The position numbers were made by a program, and so were the translations under genes. This document shows, one piece after another, positions 8,364 to 17,825 of a stretch of DNA of 64,000 nucleotides (position 1 is its first letter; each line of letters opens with the position of its first letter). The stretch is from the NCBI GenBank assembly GCA_017408485.1, contig JAFQUM010000022.1:1083-65082 (forward strand), written 5' to 3'. The notes under the pieces were generated by a model that ran no database searches, was not told the DNA's origin, and worked only from the letters and a program-made list of their open reading frames with translations. Source of the stretch: Clostridia bacterium. Lineage in GTDB: Bacteria > Bacillota > Clostridia > Oscillospirales > Butyricicoccaceae.

Positions 8364-11363
8364 TTATTCGGTTCTGAGGGCTTCGACGGGTTCTTTCTTA
8401 GCGGCGGAGCGGGAAGGAATTATACCTGCGATAAGGGTCAGCACGACGCTTATTGCCACAAGAATGATCGCCACACCGATGGGCAGGGTTGCACGGAGGG
8501 TTGCGATGCCCGTCAAGGCAAAGAGGATGGCATTGATGGGGATGCAGAGCAGATAGGTTATTACAACGCCCAGCAAGCCTGCTGCAAAGCCGATGAGCAC
8601 GGTTTCTGCATTGAATACTCCCGAAACATTGCGCTTGGATGCACCAACGGCGCGGAGGATTCCGATTTCCTTGGTGCGTTCCTGAACAGAGATGAGAGTG
8701 ATGACACCTATCATTATGGAGGATACTACAAGTGATACCGCAACGAATGCGATAAGCACGTAGGTTATGGCATTAATGATGGTGGTGATGGAGGACATCA
8801 TAAGTCCCACATAGTCGGTATAGACTATTCTTGAAAGCTCGTCAACGTCATTATTGTAATCGGCGATAACTTCTTCGATTACATCCTTGTTTTCAAAGGA
8901 GGATGCGTAGATATTTATGCTTGCGGGGTTATCGATATCCACAACGCCCAGGGTGATGAGGTTATCCTCATAGGTGGTTTCGGAGAACTCCAGCACTTCG
9001 CCGTGATAGAGAGCAAACTGTTCGGTGGTATAGCCCGCCATTGCCATATCCAAAGCGCCTGCAAGCTGCTGCTCGCTCATGCCCGCTATCTGCTTCATTG
9101 CGCCCTGAGCATATTGCATTTTGACCTGCTCGACGATGATGGAAGCGTATATCTCGCTGATCTCTTCATCGGTCATGGGAGTGATATAGCCCGCAAGGTC
9201 GGCTTCGCTCATTCCCGTCTGTGCGGCAATTGCCTGAGTTACGATGCCTTCCATATCGGCACGGGTCTTGCCCGCCATTTGCTGAGCAAGGGCCTGATCG
9301 ATGAACTCCTGAGGAGCGATGGAGATTATCTTTACATAGGCGGCTGCCTTGCCGCGAGTATCAAGGGCGGCGATGTAGTTTTTAAACTCGGTCTCCTTTT
9401 CAGCATCGGTCATATTGCCCGCATACTCTTTGAAGGGCAGACCGGTGAAAACATCCTTGGAGGGGTTTTCTATTTGTGCATTGACTATCTCGGAATCCTT
9501 GGCATTTTCAATGACATATTCGGTAAACAGATGGGTATATGCTATGCTGCCGCTGAGCATTGAAGATGTGGCTTCTTCGCTGGGACGGATGATGCCCGTG
9601 ACCTTGAGGGCTACGCCGTTATCGTAGAGCATTTTGAGTCCCGTTTGTGTGTCGCGGAGGTCGCTATAGGTGCCGTCGGCATTCTTGGTATAGCAATCGG
9701 CGCCGAAAATGGTGCGGAACTCCATAGCGCAGATCTCTTCATAGCTCCAGCTTTGAGGATCGATGGTTATCTCCTGCTTATTGAAGGCGGCATTGGAAAG
9801 CTTGTCGATCTCCTCCTTGCTCTTAAGACCGAGAGCATAGAGGGTCATATCGTCTATTTCGTTGTTTTCATCGACAACGAGGACTATCTCGTTATATTCG
9901 TTGGGCCAGCTACCGTAGATGAGGTCATACTGCTTTTCGAGGAGTGGGTTGATAAGCTCGCCATTCTTGCCGGGGAGCATTTCCTGCCACAGATTTGCAC
10001 CCATTCCCATTCCGCCCATGGACATAGCGCCCATTCCAAAGCTTTCGCCCATACTCATCATTCCGGAGAGATCCATACCAAAGTATTCAATGAGAAGATC
10101 CTGAAGCAGAACACCTGTGTCAGAGCGGATGATGGTTCCGTCGGGAGCCTTGGTATAGATGAGGATATCCATATCGTAGGTGTATTGAACACCGCTGACC
10201 GAGGATGAGAGCTTGCTATCGGATTTAGCTATCTCAGTTTCAATGTATTCCTTGAAGGATTTGAGGTCGTTTTCGGTGGCTTCGGCGGTATTGAGGGCGT
10301 TTATCAGGTTGTAGATCATTGTCTTTTGATAAACGGCATCCTTATCGTGCTTGCCGTTGGACTCGGCATTGCCCATAAAGGTGGAAAGCAGCGAGCCCAT
10401 ATCCATATGCTGAGCCTCTAAGGTCAGCGGGTAGGAAGAAAGGGTGTCTTCTTGAACTGCATCGATATAGTTGGTGGTGCCTTGGGAAACTGCGTAGATG
10501 AGGGCAATGCCGATAATGCCTATGCTGCCAGCAAAAGCGGTGAGAGCGGTCCTTCCCTTTTTGGTGAACAGATTCTTCAGCGAAAGACCGAAGGAGGTTG
10601 CAAAGGACATAGAGGGCATTTTTTTGCGCTTTTCGGCGGCGGTTTTTGCCTGCTCCTTAGCGCGCTCGGCAGCTACCTCCTCATCGGTAAGGGGCGCGGT
10701 GTCGCTGGTCAGCTTGCCGTCAAGCATACGGATGATGCGGGTGGAATATTGCTCAGCAAGCTCGGGGTTATGGGTGACCATAATGACAAGGCGATCCTTG
10801 GCTATTTCTTTGAGAATGTCCATAACCTGAACGCTTGTTTCGGTGTCCAAAGCTCCCGTAGGCTCGTCGGCAAGAATGATATCGGGGTTATTGACGATGG
10901 CGCGGGCAATTGCCACACGCTGCATCTGACCGCCCGACATTTCGGTAGGCTTTTTGCGGATCTGGTCGGCAAGTCCGACGCGGGCGAGGGCTTCCTTGGC
11001 GCGGGCGCGGCGCTCTTTTTTGGAAACGCCCGTAAGGGTAAGCGCCAGCTCGACATTTTGCAGAACCGACTGATGGGGGATCAGGTTATAGGTCTGGAAA
11101 ACAAAGCCGATGGAATGATTGCGATAGGTGTCCCAATCGCGATCTTTGAAGTCACGGGTATGCTTGCCGTTGATGACAAGATCACCCGATGTATATCTGT
11201 CAAGGCCGCCGATGATATTCAGCAGAGTGGTCTTGCCGCAGCCCGAAGGACCGAGGATGGAGACAAACTCATTTTCGCGAAATTGCAGGTCTACGCCCTT
11301 TAGTGCGTGGACAGTTTCGCCGCCCGTGACATAATCTTTTTTGATTTGCTTAAGCTCAAGCAT
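8364..11363 (-). CDS. fused ABC transporter ATP-binding protein / FtsX-family permease (MacB-type) with very large extracytoplasmic domain
   Basis: 999 aa. N-terminal ATPase domain (GPSGCGKTTLLN, LSGGQMQRVAIARA, ILADEPTGALD). A TM segment near residue 270 is followed by ~560 aa of non-membrane sequence. The C-terminus has 3 FtsX TM helices (ERTKEIGILRAVGASK). Confidence 0.85.
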   Translation of the reverse strand: MLELKQIKKDYVTGGETVHALKGVDLQFRENEFVSILGPSGCGKTTLLNIIGGLDRYTSGDLVINGKHTRDFKDRDWDTYRNHSIGFVFQTYNLIPHQSVLQNVELALTLTGVSKKERRARAKEALARVGLADQIRKKPTEMSGGQMQRVAIARAIVNNPDIILADEPTGALDTETSVQVMDILKEIAKDRLVIMVTHNPELAEQYSTRIIRMLDGKLTSDTAPLTDEEVAAERAKEQAKTAAEKRKKMPSMSFATSFGLSLKNLFTKKGRTALTAFAGSIGIIGIALIYAVSQGTTNYIDAVQEDTLSSYPLTLEAQHMDMGSLLSTFMGNAESNGKHDKDAVYQKTMIYNLINALNTAEATENDLKSFKEYIETEIAKSDSKLSSSVSGVQYTYDMDILIYTKAPDGTIIRSDTGVLLQDLLIEYFGMDLSGMMSMGESFGMGAMSMGGMGMGANLWQEMLPGKNGELINPLLEKQYDLIYGSWPNEYNEIVLVVDENNEIDDMTLYALGLKSKEEIDKLSNAAFNKQEITIDPQSWSYEEICAMEFRTIFGADCYTKNADGTYSDLRDTQTGLKMLYDNGVALKVTGIIRPSEEATSSMLSGSIAYTHLFTEYVIENAKDSEIVNAQIENPSKDVFTGLPFKEYAGNMTDAEKETEFKNYIAALDTRGKAAAYVKIISIAPQEFIDQALAQQMAGKTRADMEGIVTQAIAAQTGMSEADLAGYITPMTDEEISEIYASIIVEQVKMQYAQGAMKQIAGMSEQQLAGALDMAMAGYTTEQFALYHGEVLEFSETTYEDNLITLGVVDIDNPASINIYASSFENKDVIEEVIADYNNDVDELSRIVYTDYVGLMMSSITTIINAITYVLIAFVAVSLVVSSIMIGVITLISVQERTKEIGILRAVGASKRNVSGVFNAETVLIGFAAGLLGVVITYLLCIPINAILFALTGIATLRATLPIGVAIILVAISVVLTLIAGIIPSRSAAKKEPVEALRTE

Positions 11364-11475
11364 TGAGATTATCCTTTCTGATTTTGGATTTTATTCAGAT
11401 ATATTATACACCATATTTTTCCTCTATTTGTAAACTATTGTGAAACAAATTGAGCAAAACCTAAAAATATAGCAG

Positions 11476-11501
11476 AAAAAACTCGGTTTCCCGAGTTTTT
11501 T
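11476..11501. terminator. bidirectional terminator-like hairpin, copy 1 of a 30-bp repeat
   Basis: AAAAAACTCGG-TTTC-CCGAGTTTTTT. The sequence is identical to the copy at 11695..11720. Confidence 0.5.
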
Positions 11502-11694
11502 CGACCTTTTATTAAAACTTTTAATTTATTGAAAGTTTTCTAACTAATTGTTTTTGCACGGACATGCGCCGGGCAAAAACACCTTGACCCGCCGTTTTTC
11601 CGCAGAAAAACGGTGAAACCGCACCGCAGTGCGGCGCTCCTTTGTCGAAAAGAACCCAGCTTTGCACAGCAAAGCGGTTCTTTGACAGTCTTGG

Positions 11695-11720
11695 AAAAAA
11701 CTCGGTTTCCCGAGTTTTTT
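11695..11720 (-). terminator. terminator after the DUF4097 gene, copy 2 of the 30-bp repeat
   Basis: Same hairpin AAAAAACTCGG-TTTC-CCGAGTTTTTT, 34 nt downstream of the stop at 11754. Confidence 0.65.
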
Positions 11721-11753
11721 CGATAATTTATTCGATTAAGTCAAGCGTAATTA

Positions 11754-12674
11754 TTAATCAAGCACTCTTATTTCGATGTCGCCGCTTGTGGTTCGTGCAA
11801 CGCACTTACCTGCCCCCGACTGGGATGAGGATACGCGGACATCACCTGTGGTTGCATCCGCATCAAATACCTTGCCGCTGAGCAAGGTGGCTTCGATATC
11901 TCCGCTTGTTGTCTTGAGGCTCAGCTCTGCCCCATCGCAGCGGTCAAGTTCAATATCACCGCTGACAGTTTTGATCTGCAGCTTTCCTTTTGCCACTGTA
12001 TTGGAGAGATCAATGTCTCCGCTGGTCACTTTTAAGGTAATATCACCGATGCAGCTTATGTCCTTGGCTTCGATATCTCCGCTTGTGGTAGTGCACTGAA
12101 TACTGTCTGCGGAAATATTTCCAATTTTCAAGTCACCGCTTGTGGTAGTGCACTGAATGCTGTCTGCGGAAATGTTTCCAACTTTTAAGTCACCGCTTGT
12201 GGTGTTAAGGCTTAGACCTTTAATGATAAACTCGTCGGAAATATAGATATCTCCACTTACTGTTTTTAAATAAAACTCTTCAAATTGCGTTTTTGGAAGG
12301 TCTATCCTTATGTATTTTTTCTCGATAAAAAGGCTTATATGTTCATACCAACGACGGGTGTCGTGCTGCTCTATGATAAGCTTCCCATCGGACACAAAGA
12401 CTGAATGCTCCATATTCTTACTGTCCACACATTTGACAGTGCATTGATCGTCGACTGATGGATATATGAGTATATCGCAGTCAAGTATGTCGGTCTTTAT
12501 GGAGTCAAAGCTCTCTGCTATGACATATTCTGTCAGCTCGGTTTCGGGCGCTCTGAGATTGCGAAAATCAAAGCCCGACACCGCAACGCCGCAGACCATC
12601 AGGATAATTCCGAGAGCAAATGCGATTCCTGCAATTATGAGCCACACTTTTGTTCCTTTTTTCATATTATTCAC
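11754..12674 (-). CDS. DUF4097-like beta-strand repeat protein, membrane anchored
   Basis: 306 aa. It has an N-terminal TM helix and many (T)TSGD(I/L) repeats, including two near-identical 19-aa units. Third gene of a PadR-DUF1700-DUF4097 type operon. Confidence 0.7.
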   Translation of the reverse strand: MNNMKKGTKVWLIIAGIAFALGIILMVCGVAVSGFDFRNLRAPETELTEYVIAESFDSIKTDILDCDILIYPSVDDQCTVKCVDSKNMEHSVFVSDGKLIIEQHDTRRWYEHISLFIEKKYIRIDLPKTQFEEFYLKTVSGDIYISDEFIIKGLSLNTTSGDLKVGNISADSIQCTTTSGDLKIGNISADSIQCTTTSGDIEAKDISCIGDITLKVTSGDIDLSNTVAKGKLQIKTVSGDIELDRCDGAELSLKTTSGDIEATLLSGKVFDADATTGDVRVSSSQSGAGKCVARTTSGDIEIRVLD

Positions 12675-13266
12675 CTCTCTTGATGAATATGGATTTTATG
12701 CCCTTTGCCGTCATTTTTGTCAGCCATACAACACCCTTGGCAACAAGATTGCTAAACATAATGCCCAAAATGCCTATCGCTGCACATACAAGTCCCGCGC
12801 CTATTGCAAATATTGCTTCGCCGAAGAAGCCTTGCATAATAAATGCGGGAGCGGCAAACAGTGCAACTGCAACACCGCTGACAAGCGCCGCACCGAACGC
12901 GGCATAAAGAGCGATAACTACCGACCAGATGCCTACATAGATGCCAAATAGCGCCGAAAGCACGCCAATGAGTATGCTTCCCCAAATGGGTGCTGTAATA
13001 CAAAGCAATGCAATTTCTGCGCCACTGAGCTTGCGTTTTGGCTTGGCGGTGGCTTTAACAACCTTGGGCAACGGCATTTCCATAAGTATTTGTGCCGCCG
13101 CGTCGGCTGGTGTGCCGATTGCGGCAACCGCTTCATCTTCGGTCATTCCGTCTTCGATGCGGTCGTCGATCATTTCGCGATAAAAATCAAGCGATCTTTC
13201 TATATCCTCCAAGGGCAAGCCTGCAAGTCTGCCCCGAAGCTCAAATAAGAATTGTTCTTTATTCAT
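12667..13266 (-). CDS. DUF1700-like membrane protein
   Basis: 199 aa. The N-terminal soluble helical part (FLFELRGRLAGLPLEDIERSLDFYREMI) is followed by a Gly/Ala-rich TM region. It overlaps both neighbours. Confidence 0.65.
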   Translation of the reverse strand: MNKEQFLFELRGRLAGLPLEDIERSLDFYREMIDDRIEDGMTEDEAVAAIGTPADAAAQILMEMPLPKVVKATAKPKRKLSGAEIALLCITAPIWGSILIGVLSALFGIYVGIWSVVIALYAAFGAALVSGVAVALFAAPAFIMQGFFGEAIFAIGAGLVCAAIGILGIMFSNLVAKGVVWLTKMTAKGIKSIFIKRGE

Positions 13267-13579
13267 GGGCTTTCCCCTCCCTTGTTACGAAATTATATAT
13301 TGCCATTATCTCTTTCCACTCCTGGGAAAAAGAGTCAAGCCGCTCTTTGCCCGCAGGGGCAATGCAATAGTATTTTCGCAGTCTGCCGTTATGCTCAGCA
13401 GAGCGGACTGTAAGAAGTCCCGAGCCTTCAAGTCTTCGCAAAATGGGATATAGGGTGGACTCGGAAACGGCAACATAGGGACTTATGTCTTTTATTATCT
13501 GATAGCCGTAGGACTCCCCGTCCTTGATAGCGGCAAGGACACAAATGTCAAGAAGCCCTCGTTTCATTTGTATATCCAT
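13259..13579 (-). CDS. PadR family transcriptional regulator
   Basis: LLDICVLAAIKDGESYGYQIIKDI...STLYPILRRLEGSGLL is a typical PadR winged HTH. I chose the start at MDIQMK (13579), which has a GGGAGG RBS. Confidence 0.85.
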   Translation of the reverse strand: MDIQMKRGLLDICVLAAIKDGESYGYQIIKDISPYVAVSESTLYPILRRLEGSGLLTVRSAEHNGRLRKYYCIAPAGKERLDSFSQEWKEIMAIYNFVTREGKAHE

Positions 13580-13598
13580 AAAATACCTCCCTTTGTGT

Positions 13599-13621
13599 AA
13601 TACTATACATTGCATAGTATT
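13599..13621. promoter_or_regulatory. candidate PadR operator (inverted repeat in the promoter region)
   Basis: AATACTAT-N7-ATAGTATT lies 20 nt upstream of the padR start. A minus-strand TTGACA is at 13630..13625. Confidence 0.4.
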
Positions 13622-13726
13622 GTTTGTCAAGAGGTATTTGTAAAAAATCTCTGTGTAAGATTGATGTTGGTGTGCATGGCTGAGCATGCAGTTCGTTATC
13701 TATGGATGCTGATATGTAAATGAAAT

Positions 13727-13754
13727 GGGGAAAGGTGTATTTCAGCCTTTCCCC
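13727..13754 (-). terminator. hairpin downstream of the VOC gene
   Basis: GGGGAAAGG-N10-CCTTTCCCC. The U-tract is weak. Confidence 0.4.
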
Positions 13755-13793
13755 ATGGGTCAGTATTCGGTTCAACAAATTGGAGTTTATTGA

Positions 13794-14156
13794 TTATATC
13801 GGTGTTCCTACTTCAATCAAGTTACCATCCAAATCGTAGAATCTGACCACCTTTTGCCCCCAGCTGTGTGTCATCAGGTGATTGACATATTCGATTTCAG
13901 GGTAAAGTGTTTCAAGACGCTCTACAAATTGTTCTATGTTAGGCTCTTCAAAATACAACTCAGATTGATTACTGTTTGGAATTACACTTCTTTTTGTGAA
14001 TTGTTCCCAGTATCCCGATTCCTGCAAATATAAATTGTTCGTCAATTCCATATTCCCATCGTTGTCTTGAAGCAGTTGAAATCCAAACATATCACTATAA
14101 AACTTTAACGCACGGTTGCAATCTTTAACAACAATAAGCGTTCCTTTGTATTTCAT
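13794..14156 (-). CDS. VOC / glyoxalase-bleomycin resistance family protein
   Basis: ~120 aa (GTLIVVKDCNRALKFYSDMFGF...VRFYDLDGNLIEVG). I chose the start at MKYKG, which follows AAGGAGA. Confidence 0.7.
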   Translation of the reverse strand: MKYKGTLIVVKDCNRALKFYSDMFGFQLLQDNDGNMELTNNLYLQESGYWEQFTKRSVIPNSNQSELYFEEPNIEQFVERLETLYPEIEYVNHLMTHSWGQKVVRFYDLDGNLIEVGTPI

Positions 14157-14307
14157 ATACGTTCTCCTTATCAAACTCAAGTTTGCCCAACTGTTTCACT
14201 GTCCATACAGACAGCCGCTGGCTAAGACAAAAAAGCATCTGTTCCAATGAACGCGTCGCCAATTGCGTCGGGCTATGGAAAAGATGCCTTTAAGGTTATA
14301 TTAGCTT

Positions 14308-14841
14308 TTATCTCTTCAGGTCGCTTTTGAGGATGGCGTAGCGGTGGCAATCGTGATAGCCAAGGCGGTTGCGGCGAAGCTCGCGAGCCATACCCTCATA
14401 GGACATTCCCGCCTTGCGCATTACGCCGCCCGATGCGGGATTGCGTACGCAGTGAGCAGCGGAGATGCGGTTTAAGCCTTCTTCGGAAAGAAGGAACCTG
14501 ACCATTTCTTCTGCCGCCTCGCTCATAAGACCCTGACGCCAGAAATTGCGGTTTATGTAGTAGCCAAGCTCGGCACTGTTGTCCCTTTCGTTTATTTCAA
14601 CACCAATGCCGCCGATAAACTCTCCCGTTTCTTTGAGCTCAATGGCGCGATAGAACCATTTTCCCTCGTCATTCTTGCACTGAGCTATCCAAGCATTTGC
14701 ATCATCAATAGAGTCATAGCAAATTGTGAGAAAGCGGGTTGTCTCGTCGTCGGAAAGAATGTTATAAAGCGCCTGCGCGTCTTTCTCTTCGATGGGGCGC
14801 AGGATGAGGCGGGGAGTAACCAGAACTTTACCTTTCAGCAT
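14308..14841 (-). CDS. GNAT family N-acetyltransferase (RimJ/RimL-like)
   Basis: 177 aa with the RimJ/RimL-like pattern (RLILRPIEEKD..., WRQGLMSEAAEEMVRF). Confidence 0.75.
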   Translation of the reverse strand: MLKGKVLVTPRLILRPIEEKDAQALYNILSDDETTRFLTICYDSIDDANAWIAQCKNDEGKWFYRAIELKETGEFIGGIGVEINERDNSAELGYYINRNFWRQGLMSEAAEEMVRFLLSEEGLNRISAAHCVRNPASGGVMRKAGMSYEGMARELRRNRLGYHDCHRYAILKSDLKR

Positions 14842-14843
14842 AC

Positions 14844-15557
14844 TTAAACCTCCAGAAGTTTTTTGTCTTCTTTTGTAAGCTCGAGCTTTTCGAACATATC
14901 GGGACGCTTTTCGCGGGTTATTTCAAGGGATTGCTTTCGTCTCCATTTGCGGATATTCTCGTGATGTCCCGACAAGAGCACATCGGGCACGCGGATATCG
15001 CGCCACACCTCGGGGCGGGTATATTGAGGATATTCAAGCAGACCGCTGAAGTGGCTTTCATCCTCAAAGGATGCACTTTCGGCAAGCACACCGGGGACCA
15101 TTCTTCCCACTGCATCGGCAATGGTGATGGCGGCTATTTCTCCGCCTGTGAGAACAAAGTCACCCAAGGATATTTCTTCATCTATGCACTCATCTATAAA
15201 GCGCTGATCTATGCCCTCATAATGACCGCAGACTATGGCAAAGCGGTCACGCTTGAGCAATTCAACCGCCTTTTGCTGAGTAAATGTCTTTCCTCTCGGT
15301 GACATCAGGAGGGTATGCACCTGCTCACCCTCCTTGACTTCTTCAAGACAACGGGCAAGGGGCTCGCAGAGCATTATCATACCCTGACCGCCTCCGTAGG
15401 GATAATCATCGGTGCGGCGGTAACGGTCGGTGCAATAATCGCGGATATTGTGGCAACGGATATCAAGCAAGCCGTCGCGGCGGCCTCTGCCTATCATACT
15501 TTCTTGCAGAAAGGCATCCACCGTTTCGGGAAAAAGTGTCAGTATGTCAATCCTCAT
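14844..15557 (-). CDS. trmD: tRNA (guanine37-N1)-methyltransferase
   Basis: MRIDILTLFPE..., YPYGGGQGM, GHYEGIDQR, SLGDFVLTGGE. Confidence 0.92.
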   Translation of the reverse strand: MRIDILTLFPETVDAFLQESMIGRGRRDGLLDIRCHNIRDYCTDRYRRTDDYPYGGGQGMIMLCEPLARCLEEVKEGEQVHTLLMSPRGKTFTQQKAVELLKRDRFAIVCGHYEGIDQRFIDECIDEEISLGDFVLTGGEIAAITIADAVGRMVPGVLAESASFEDESHFSGLLEYPQYTRPEVWRDIRVPDVLLSGHHENIRKWRRKQSLEITREKRPDMFEKLELTKEDKKLLEV

Positions 15558-16044
15558 CCGGCAACATTCCTTCTATGGTTTCTATCTCTATAATCTTCTT
15601 TTTTACATCATAACCGCGTGAAAATGCGGGCACATCGGGGACAAGTATCTCACCTTTTTCACTGTCGATGATATACAGCATTGATGCGGTGCTCTCGCGC
15701 ACTTCGCGGAGAGTTCCGATTATTTTTTCGGTTCTGCGGTCATAAACTTCAAACCCATAAAGGTCGCTGTAAAAAACGTGACCTCGGGGCATATCTATAT
15801 CCTTTCGGTCGGCAATGACCGTCTTGCCCTTGAGGGACATTGCCGCCTCAACAGTGTTGACTCCTTCAAGCTTTGCAAGGACAAAGCCCTTGTGGGTGCG
15901 GCTGGAGAGTATTCTATATTTTTCTGTGCCGACTGTTACTGCGGCAATGCGCTTGAAGAAGCCATCGTCACAGTAATTCTCTATTTTTACCTCACCTGCA
16001 ATGCCGTGGGTGTTGACTATCTTTCCGCACTCTACAGGCTTCAT
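15547..16044 (-). CDS. rimM: 16S rRNA processing protein RimM
   Basis: 165 aa (GKIVNTHGIAGEVKI...). It lies directly upstream of trmD and overlaps it. Confidence 0.85.
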   Translation of the reverse strand: MKPVECGKIVNTHGIAGEVKIENYCDDGFFKRIAAVTVGTEKYRILSSRTHKGFVLAKLEGVNTVEAAMSLKGKTVIADRKDIDMPRGHVFYSDLYGFEVYDRRTEKIIGTLREVRESTASMLYIIDSEKGEILVPDVPAFSRGYDVKKKIIEIETIEGMLPDED

Positions 16045-16526
16045 TATGCTTTTTCCTCTTTTCTGGGATCAATACGCTCGGCAAGCTTGACCTTGGCGGC
16101 GTTGAGGCGGTTTTGGATCTCTTCCTGAAGTTCTATAGGGAATGTGATTATGTACTCCTTGGTTGAGCCGTGGATACGCAAAAAGAAACGCTTGTCACCC
16201 ATCTGCTCAATGGCATAAAACTCCATTTCGGAAAAGGGTACCTTTTTGCCGCTATATATGAGTCCGTCCTCTGCCATTCCCGACTTGACCAAAAATGCCG
16301 AGCCTACATAGATAGCCATACCTACGGGATAGAGCCAAGGATAGACAAACTCGCTTCTCTTAAAGAGTATAAGTCCAAGCACCGCGGCAGCAAGGATCAT
16401 ATTGCCTATAAACTGTCCCGAAATGGCGCCCCTGATGCGAACCTTTGAATTGTTCACTGTTGCCATAAGGTTCTTGGCTATAAGGAACAGCACTACAAAC
16501 GACATCACTATATCAAAAGTTTTCAT
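16044..16526 (-). CDS. hypothetical membrane protein (about 3 TM plus a soluble C-terminal domain)
   Basis: 160 aa. Its stop overlaps the rimM start. I recognise no family. Confidence 0.5.
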   Translation of the reverse strand: MKTFDIVMSFVVLFLIAKNLMATVNNSKVRIRGAISGQFIGNMILAAAVLGLILFKRSEFVYPWLYPVGMAIYVGSAFLVKSGMAEDGLIYSGKKVPFSEMEFYAIEQMGDKRFFLRIHGSTKEYIITFPIELQEEIQNRLNAAKVKLAERIDPRKEEKA

Positions 16527-16682
16527 ATTTTACCTCCGCACAGTATCCTTATTATATTAATTATAACAGTTTTTGTCAGTAAAATCAATGGAAGTTGATT
16601 GACTTTTATTCTTATAATGTGTAAACTTTATGTGAGATAGAGACAATAAGCAATTCGTCAGGTTTTAAAAGGAGACAAGACT

Positions 16683-17717
16683 ATGCTTAAAGAAAAAATC
16701 GCAGCTTTAAATCTGCCCGTTTTTCCCTCCACGCGAGAAGAAGCAATTGAGATGCTCTGCCGTGAGGAATACGGATATTTGCCCCCAAAGCCTATATCTA
16801 TGACTTGGGAAGACGAGATAATCGTTCCCCGTTTTTGCGCAGGTAAAGCGCCCTTGCATAAGGTTACACTCAACTGCGCAATGCCCAATGGAAAAAGCTT
16901 TTCTTTTCCCATTTATGTTGCAATTCCCGCTGACGGAAAGGCGCACCCCGCATTTTTGCATATAAACTTCCGCGACAGTGTTCCCGACCTTTATCAGCCC
17001 TCCGAGGAGCTGTGCGATAACGGCTATGCGGTGTTTACAGTTTGCTATAATGACATAACCAAGGATGACAATGATTTCACAAGCGGACTTGCAGGTGTGC
17101 TTTTTGAAAACGGCGAGCGCAAAAATGATACCGATTGCGGAAAAATAGCTATGTGGGCTTGGGGCGCACAGCGTGTAATGGACTATATCCTTACACAACC
17201 CGGTGTCATTCACGAGCGTGTTACAGTGGCAGGTCATTCTCGCTTGGGCAAGACCGCGCTTTTGACGGGTGCTACTGATACGCGTTTTTACTGTGCCATT
17301 TCCAACGACTCAGGCTGCTCCGGTGCCGCCATTACCCGCGAAAAGCAGGGTGAGACTGTCAAGAGCATTTGTGAGGAGTTCCCCTTCTGGTTCTGCAAAA
17401 ACTACTACAAATATAAAGATAACGAGCACAATATGCCCTTTGACCAGCATTGGCTTATCGGATTGCTTGCGCCACGCTATGCATATGTTGCATCTGCCTC
17501 GAATGATCTGTGGGCAGACCCCGCATCGGAACATCTTGCTTGTGTTGCCGCAGGCGAGCTGTGGGAAAAAGACGGATTTATAACTCCCGACCGTCCACCA
17601 AGGATCGGCGACAGTTTCCACGAAGGCAAGGTGGGATATCATCTGCGTGCGGGTGAACACTTCTTCAGCCGCGAGGATTGGTTAAATTTTATGACTTTTC
17701 TTAGGAAAAAGGGTTGA
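16683..17717 (+). CDS. alpha/beta hydrolase, glucuronoyl esterase (CE15)-like
   Basis: 344 aa. GHSRLGKTALLTGATDTRF...SGCSGAA resembles the CE15 G-C-S-R-x-G-K nucleophile region. No signal peptide. Confidence 0.55.
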   Translation: MLKEKIAALNLPVFPSTREEAIEMLCREEYGYLPPKPISMTWEDEIIVPRFCAGKAPLHKVTLNCAMPNGKSFSFPIYVAIPADGKAHPAFLHINFRDSVPDLYQPSEELCDNGYAVFTVCYNDITKDDNDFTSGLAGVLFENGERKNDTDCGKIAMWAWGAQRVMDYILTQPGVIHERVTVAGHSRLGKTALLTGATDTRFYCAISNDSGCSGAAITREKQGETVKSICEEFPFWFCKNYYKYKDNEHNMPFDQHWLIGLLAPRYAYVASASNDLWADPASEHLACVAAGELWEKDGFITPDRPPRIGDSFHEGKVGYHLRAGEHFFSREDWLNFMTFLRKKG

Positions 17718-17825
17718 TTTTTAGTATTTTTATTGCAAGAATGTTGTTGATTTTATTGCAAATCTAATATATAATCTATTTGTTAATATAATTTGGTAAA
17801 TAATTTAAAAGGAGGCTACATTCCA

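Noticed and set aside
8328-11334. Multiple 60-280-aa plus-strand ORFs across the ABC transporter gene
   Set aside because: All are antisense to a motif-rich 999-aa CDS and none has recognisable features.
17718-17825. Duplicated TTATTGCAA upstream of the CoA-transferase operon, as a possible operator
   Set aside because: There are only two copies in very AT-rich promoter DNA, and I could not define a convincing -35/-10 register or palindrome.
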